Assembly: GCA_965250195.1 (NCBI GenBank)
Contig: OZ252295.1
Coordinates: forward strand, 1,437,528 to 1,501,527
Direction: 5' to 3'
DNA: 64,000 bases
Source of the DNA: Dehalococcoidia bacterium
Lineage (GTDB): Bacteria; Chloroflexota; Dehalococcoidia; Lucifugimonadales; UBA2962
Of this stretch, positions 61,704 through 64,000 are shown piece after piece; within the stretch, counting starts at the first letter, position 1; each line of letters begins with the position of its first letter. Made by a program: the position numbers and the translations under genes. The notes beneath the pieces are model-generated. The model was not told the origin of the DNA, searched no databases, and saw only the letters and a list, made by a program, of their open reading frames with translations.

Positions 61704-62218
61704 GCTTTTTTGGGCGTCCGTGAGACGACCTGGCCGATCAGGACCAGGGCCGCGATTCCGAGGCCGATCATGGCTACCGTCTTGAAGTCGCCGAAGATCC
61801 CGCCGATGGCGGTCGACGGCGGCGGCGTCGCTGGCGGCGGAGCGTCGTTGGATACCTCGAACGGCATCGACGTCGGGTGTGTGAAAGGTAGGAACGGGAA
61901 TGACTGAGCGTGCACGATGAACTGATACCGGCCGACCACGCTGGGCGCCGAGATGTCGAGAAACGCGGTTCCCGACAAGCCAGCGGTTGAACCCCTGCGA
62001 AAGACCTCGTTACCGGCTGCGTCGAGGATCTGGAAGTCCGGGCCGTGGATGAGCTGCTGGTTAACCCCGAGCGTCACCAGCCTGATCGGCTCGCGTGGTT
62101 CCACCAGGCCGCCGTGCTGAATCGGCGTGAACTGGTCGCCGGTGCGTCGCTCGATCGAGACGCTGTGAGATCCCAGCTCGGCGATGCGCCTGGAGCGCCC
62201 GACAAGTCGACTAGACAA
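61700..62218 (-). CDS. Putative virion membrane protein: Ig-like beta domain, Pro linker, C-terminal TM
   Basis: APSVVGRYQFIV, PPPATPPP, VAMIGLGIAALVLIG followed by a basic tail. Confidence 0.6.
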   Translation of the reverse strand: MSSRLVGRSRRIAELGSHSVSIERRTGDQFTPIQHGGLVEPREPIRLVTLGVNQQLIHGPDFQILDAAGNEVFRRGSTAGLSGTAFLDISAPSVVGRYQFIVHAQSFPFLPFTHPTSMPFEVSNDAPPPATPPPSTAIGGIFGDFKTVAMIGLGIAALVLIGQVVSRTPKKA

Positions 62219-62576
62219 GGGACTCCCCCGTCGTTTCTAGGGAAACCTTGCCCGATCCGTCCGGCAGTTCGGGAGCTGCGACGTCCGCCGGCGTTGATGG
62301 GCTCGCCTGCTCCAGCTCCCGCGGCAAGTACCACGATCGCCGGACCTGGTCGACCGTGAGGGTGCCGAACTTGTGGTGACGCCGTATCAGCCGTAGGGCC
62401 CTAATGAGCCTCCAGAGGAGCGGAGGATTCCGGGACCAGTCGCGGCCGCACGAACAGACGACGTGCTCCAGGTAGCCAGGTAGGAGCCGCTGGTGCGGCG
62501 CCTCGATAACTTTCTCTTTGCAGTCGGGGCACCGGACGATGATCTGGTCCGGGCCCCGAGGCGTCGTTGCCCTCAA
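62211..62576 (-). CDS. Zn-ribbon protein
   Basis: RCPDC...VCSCG; GGAGG RBS before TTG. Confidence 0.6.
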   Translation of the reverse strand: MRATTPRGPDQIIVRCPDCKEKVIEAPHQRLLPGYLEHVVCSCGRDWSRNPPLLWRLIRALRLIRRHHKFGTLTVDQVRRSWYLPRELEQASPSTPADVAAPELPDGSGKVSLETTGESLV

Positions 62577-62598
62577 CCCATTCCTCCAGCTTCCCGAG

Positions 62599-62630
62599 CC
62601 CGCGGGCCAGCTCGCTTGCCGGCCCGCGGG
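62599..62630 (-). terminator. GC-rich hairpin after the capsid gene (partial terminator or mRNA stabiliser)
   Basis: CCCGCGGGCC / GGCCCGCGGG perfect 10-bp stem; no clear U tract. Confidence 0.45.
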
Positions 62631-62667
62631 TCTTGTAGTTCGCCTCTAAACGGACCGGTGGGCCCGC

Positions 62668-63792
62668 TTAAACGAGGGCGCGGGCCATAGGAGACAGCGG
62701 AGCCTCGGTCTGTTGGTATCGCTCCCACAGGACCAGGGTGTCGTCTCCGGCTGCCCTGGTGCTCAGGAGAAGGCCGAGAACCCAATCGCCCGAGTCCGCC
62801 CGCCGCATGTCGAACCCGTAGTCGTTGCCGAACGGGTTGGACGGCGTTGTCATCGGGCGCAGGTCGATGGGTACGATGCCCTCCGGTGCGCCGCCCCCGA
62901 AGTCGGGGACGTCGTCAATGCCCATCGGGGTGGATATCGGAAGCTCGGACAGCCACGACTCGATGTGGGCCCTGACGAACTCGATTCCCGTCTTGTTGTT
63001 GCGCAGCGCAATCTCGGTGAGCTGGTCGGAGGACCTGTTGGGCACCGTTGCCACGGCATCTTGCTCGGCTATGCCGATCCGCTTCATGTAGCCGCCCGCC
63101 GGCACGTTGATCGTCTCCGAGTTGAAATCGGAGGTCGTGCCGGCGTTGGCGTGCACGGTCGCGGCCCACGCCGGGATCATGCCGGTGACCGATTGCCTCT
63201 CCCGCGGGAAAGCGACCTCTTGCCTGGCCATCTCAGCCTGGATCTCGGCGTCGGTGCCAGTGACCCTGTGGATGGTGAAGGCTGCGACCGCTGACGCGAT
63301 CGTGACCGTGTCATCGGCGACGTCGTTGCCGTACATCGTCCACTCGGCCTGGAGCTGCGTTTCGGCGTGCGCCGGAATGAAGGCCGACAGGTCGTACGGG
63401 TTTATCCGCCCCCACTTGTCCCTTGGGCGCGAGCCGGCGTGGAACACCGTGTTGACGGGCACGTATGCAGCGGACGGCGCCGCGACGTCGCCTCCACCGT
63501 GGCCGGGTCCGAATCCATCCAGCACGTTTAGCGAGTGCTGGAGCACCCCGCCCATGGCCCCATCGACGGCCGGGAGCGAGAAGTAGGTGTGAGAGCCACC
63601 GTAGACTCTCATGTTGCCGATCAACCGGAAAATGCCGTCCGGCTGGTTGGCGCCGTCGAGAGTTGCCGACGGGGTTATCTCGATCGTGACGTCGAGCTGG
63701 GTAATCAGCCCGGTGCGCTCAAGGTCTGTGCTGACTACGGAGTCGGCCCCCCAAGTCGCCGTGGCCGCCTGTGTGACTCTTCGCTTACGCAT
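62668..63792 (-). CDS. Putative double jelly-roll major capsid protein (STIV B345-like)
   Basis: 374 aa, two beta-rich halves; motif order W.A...DLERTGLITQLDVTI / IFRLIGNMRV / FIPA / TIHRVT / IP / VPAGGYMKR / LTEIAL / IDLR / FDM; GAGGT RBS; recognised by eye. Confidence 0.75.
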   Translation of the reverse strand: MRKRRVTQAATATWGADSVVSTDLERTGLITQLDVTIEITPSATLDGANQPDGIFRLIGNMRVYGGSHTYFSLPAVDGAMGGVLQHSLNVLDGFGPGHGGGDVAAPSAAYVPVNTVFHAGSRPRDKWGRINPYDLSAFIPAHAETQLQAEWTMYGNDVADDTVTIASAVAAFTIHRVTGTDAEIQAEMARQEVAFPRERQSVTGMIPAWAATVHANAGTTSDFNSETINVPAGGYMKRIGIAEQDAVATVPNRSSDQLTEIALRNNKTGIEFVRAHIESWLSELPISTPMGIDDVPDFGGGAPEGIVPIDLRPMTTPSNPFGNDYGFDMRRADSGDWVLGLLLSTRAAGDDTLVLWERYQQTEAPLSPMARALV

Positions 63793-63861
63793 CGGGTGTT
63801 TACCTCTCTATTGGCGTGAAAGGGGCACTGACGGCCCGGTTCTATCTGAAAGGGGCCGGGC

Positions 63862-63999
63862 CTAGACTTCGCCGGCGAGTGGGTCCATCTCCATGACGTT
63901 GGGCGGATCCTGGGCCACGCGCCCGGCCTGACCCAGCCATTGCTCGACGGCCGCCGCCGTTCCGCCGCCGGCGGGCGGGGTGCCTGTCGCTTTGCCTAC
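63862..63999 (-). CDS. 3' end of the gene upstream of the capsid gene (truncated by window)
   Basis: Open minus frame ...VGKATGTPPAGGGTAAAVEQWLGQAGRVAQDPPNVMEMDPLAGEV*. Confidence 0.5.
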   Translation of the reverse strand, partial: VGKATGTPPAGGGTAAAVEQWLGQAGRVAQDPPNVMEMDPLAGEV

Positions 64000-64000
64000 G

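Larger units (their letters stand above)
47919..64000. mobile_element. Integrated provirus, candidate double-jelly-roll (tailless) virus; right end outside the window
   Basis: Abrupt switch after tRNA-Asp to tightly overlapping small ORFans, primase-helicase, serine recombinase, converging early/late modules, DJR-like capsid gene. Confidence 0.85.

Noticed and set aside
47919-64000. Tailed (Caudoviricetes) prophage or conjugative element
   Set aside because: No terminase, portal, tail, tape-measure, relaxase or T4SS motifs in the visible part. Not fully excluded because the element is truncated.

Overview
GC-rich bacterial chromosome segment, most likely Chloroflexota/Dehalococcoidia (SAR202-like); this host call is inferred from gene content and RpoB/RpoC inserts, not from a search. 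Positions 1-47918 are housekeeping and metabolic genes (tig-clpP-clpX, lysA-holB, ftsH, tyrS-ribF-aroF-aroH-trpA, lysC-thrB, mutS2, rpoB-rpoC, SDR/VOC/amidase/aminotransferase paralogues), ending in tRNA-Val(GAC) and tRNA-Asp(GTC). From the 3' end of tRNA-Asp to the end of the window (~16 kb, truncated) lies an integrated virus-like element. Its rightward early module has a tandem HTH/AT-hook regulator, a structured leader, a Zn-finger/TOPRIM/helicase replicase followed by an iteron cluster, a J-domain protein, Cys-rich proteins, a small serine recombinase and an ASCH protein. This converges at a bidirectional terminator with a leftward structural module of small membrane-anchored and beta-rich proteins, a holin-like gene and a 374-aa protein whose motif order matches, by eye, the STIV (Turriviridae)-type double jelly-roll major capsid protein. 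Best candidate for an undescribed system: a tailless, probably membrane-containing double-jelly-roll provirus in a Chloroflexota host with a P4/PICI-like replicon. All family calls come from motif recognition; no databases were searched.
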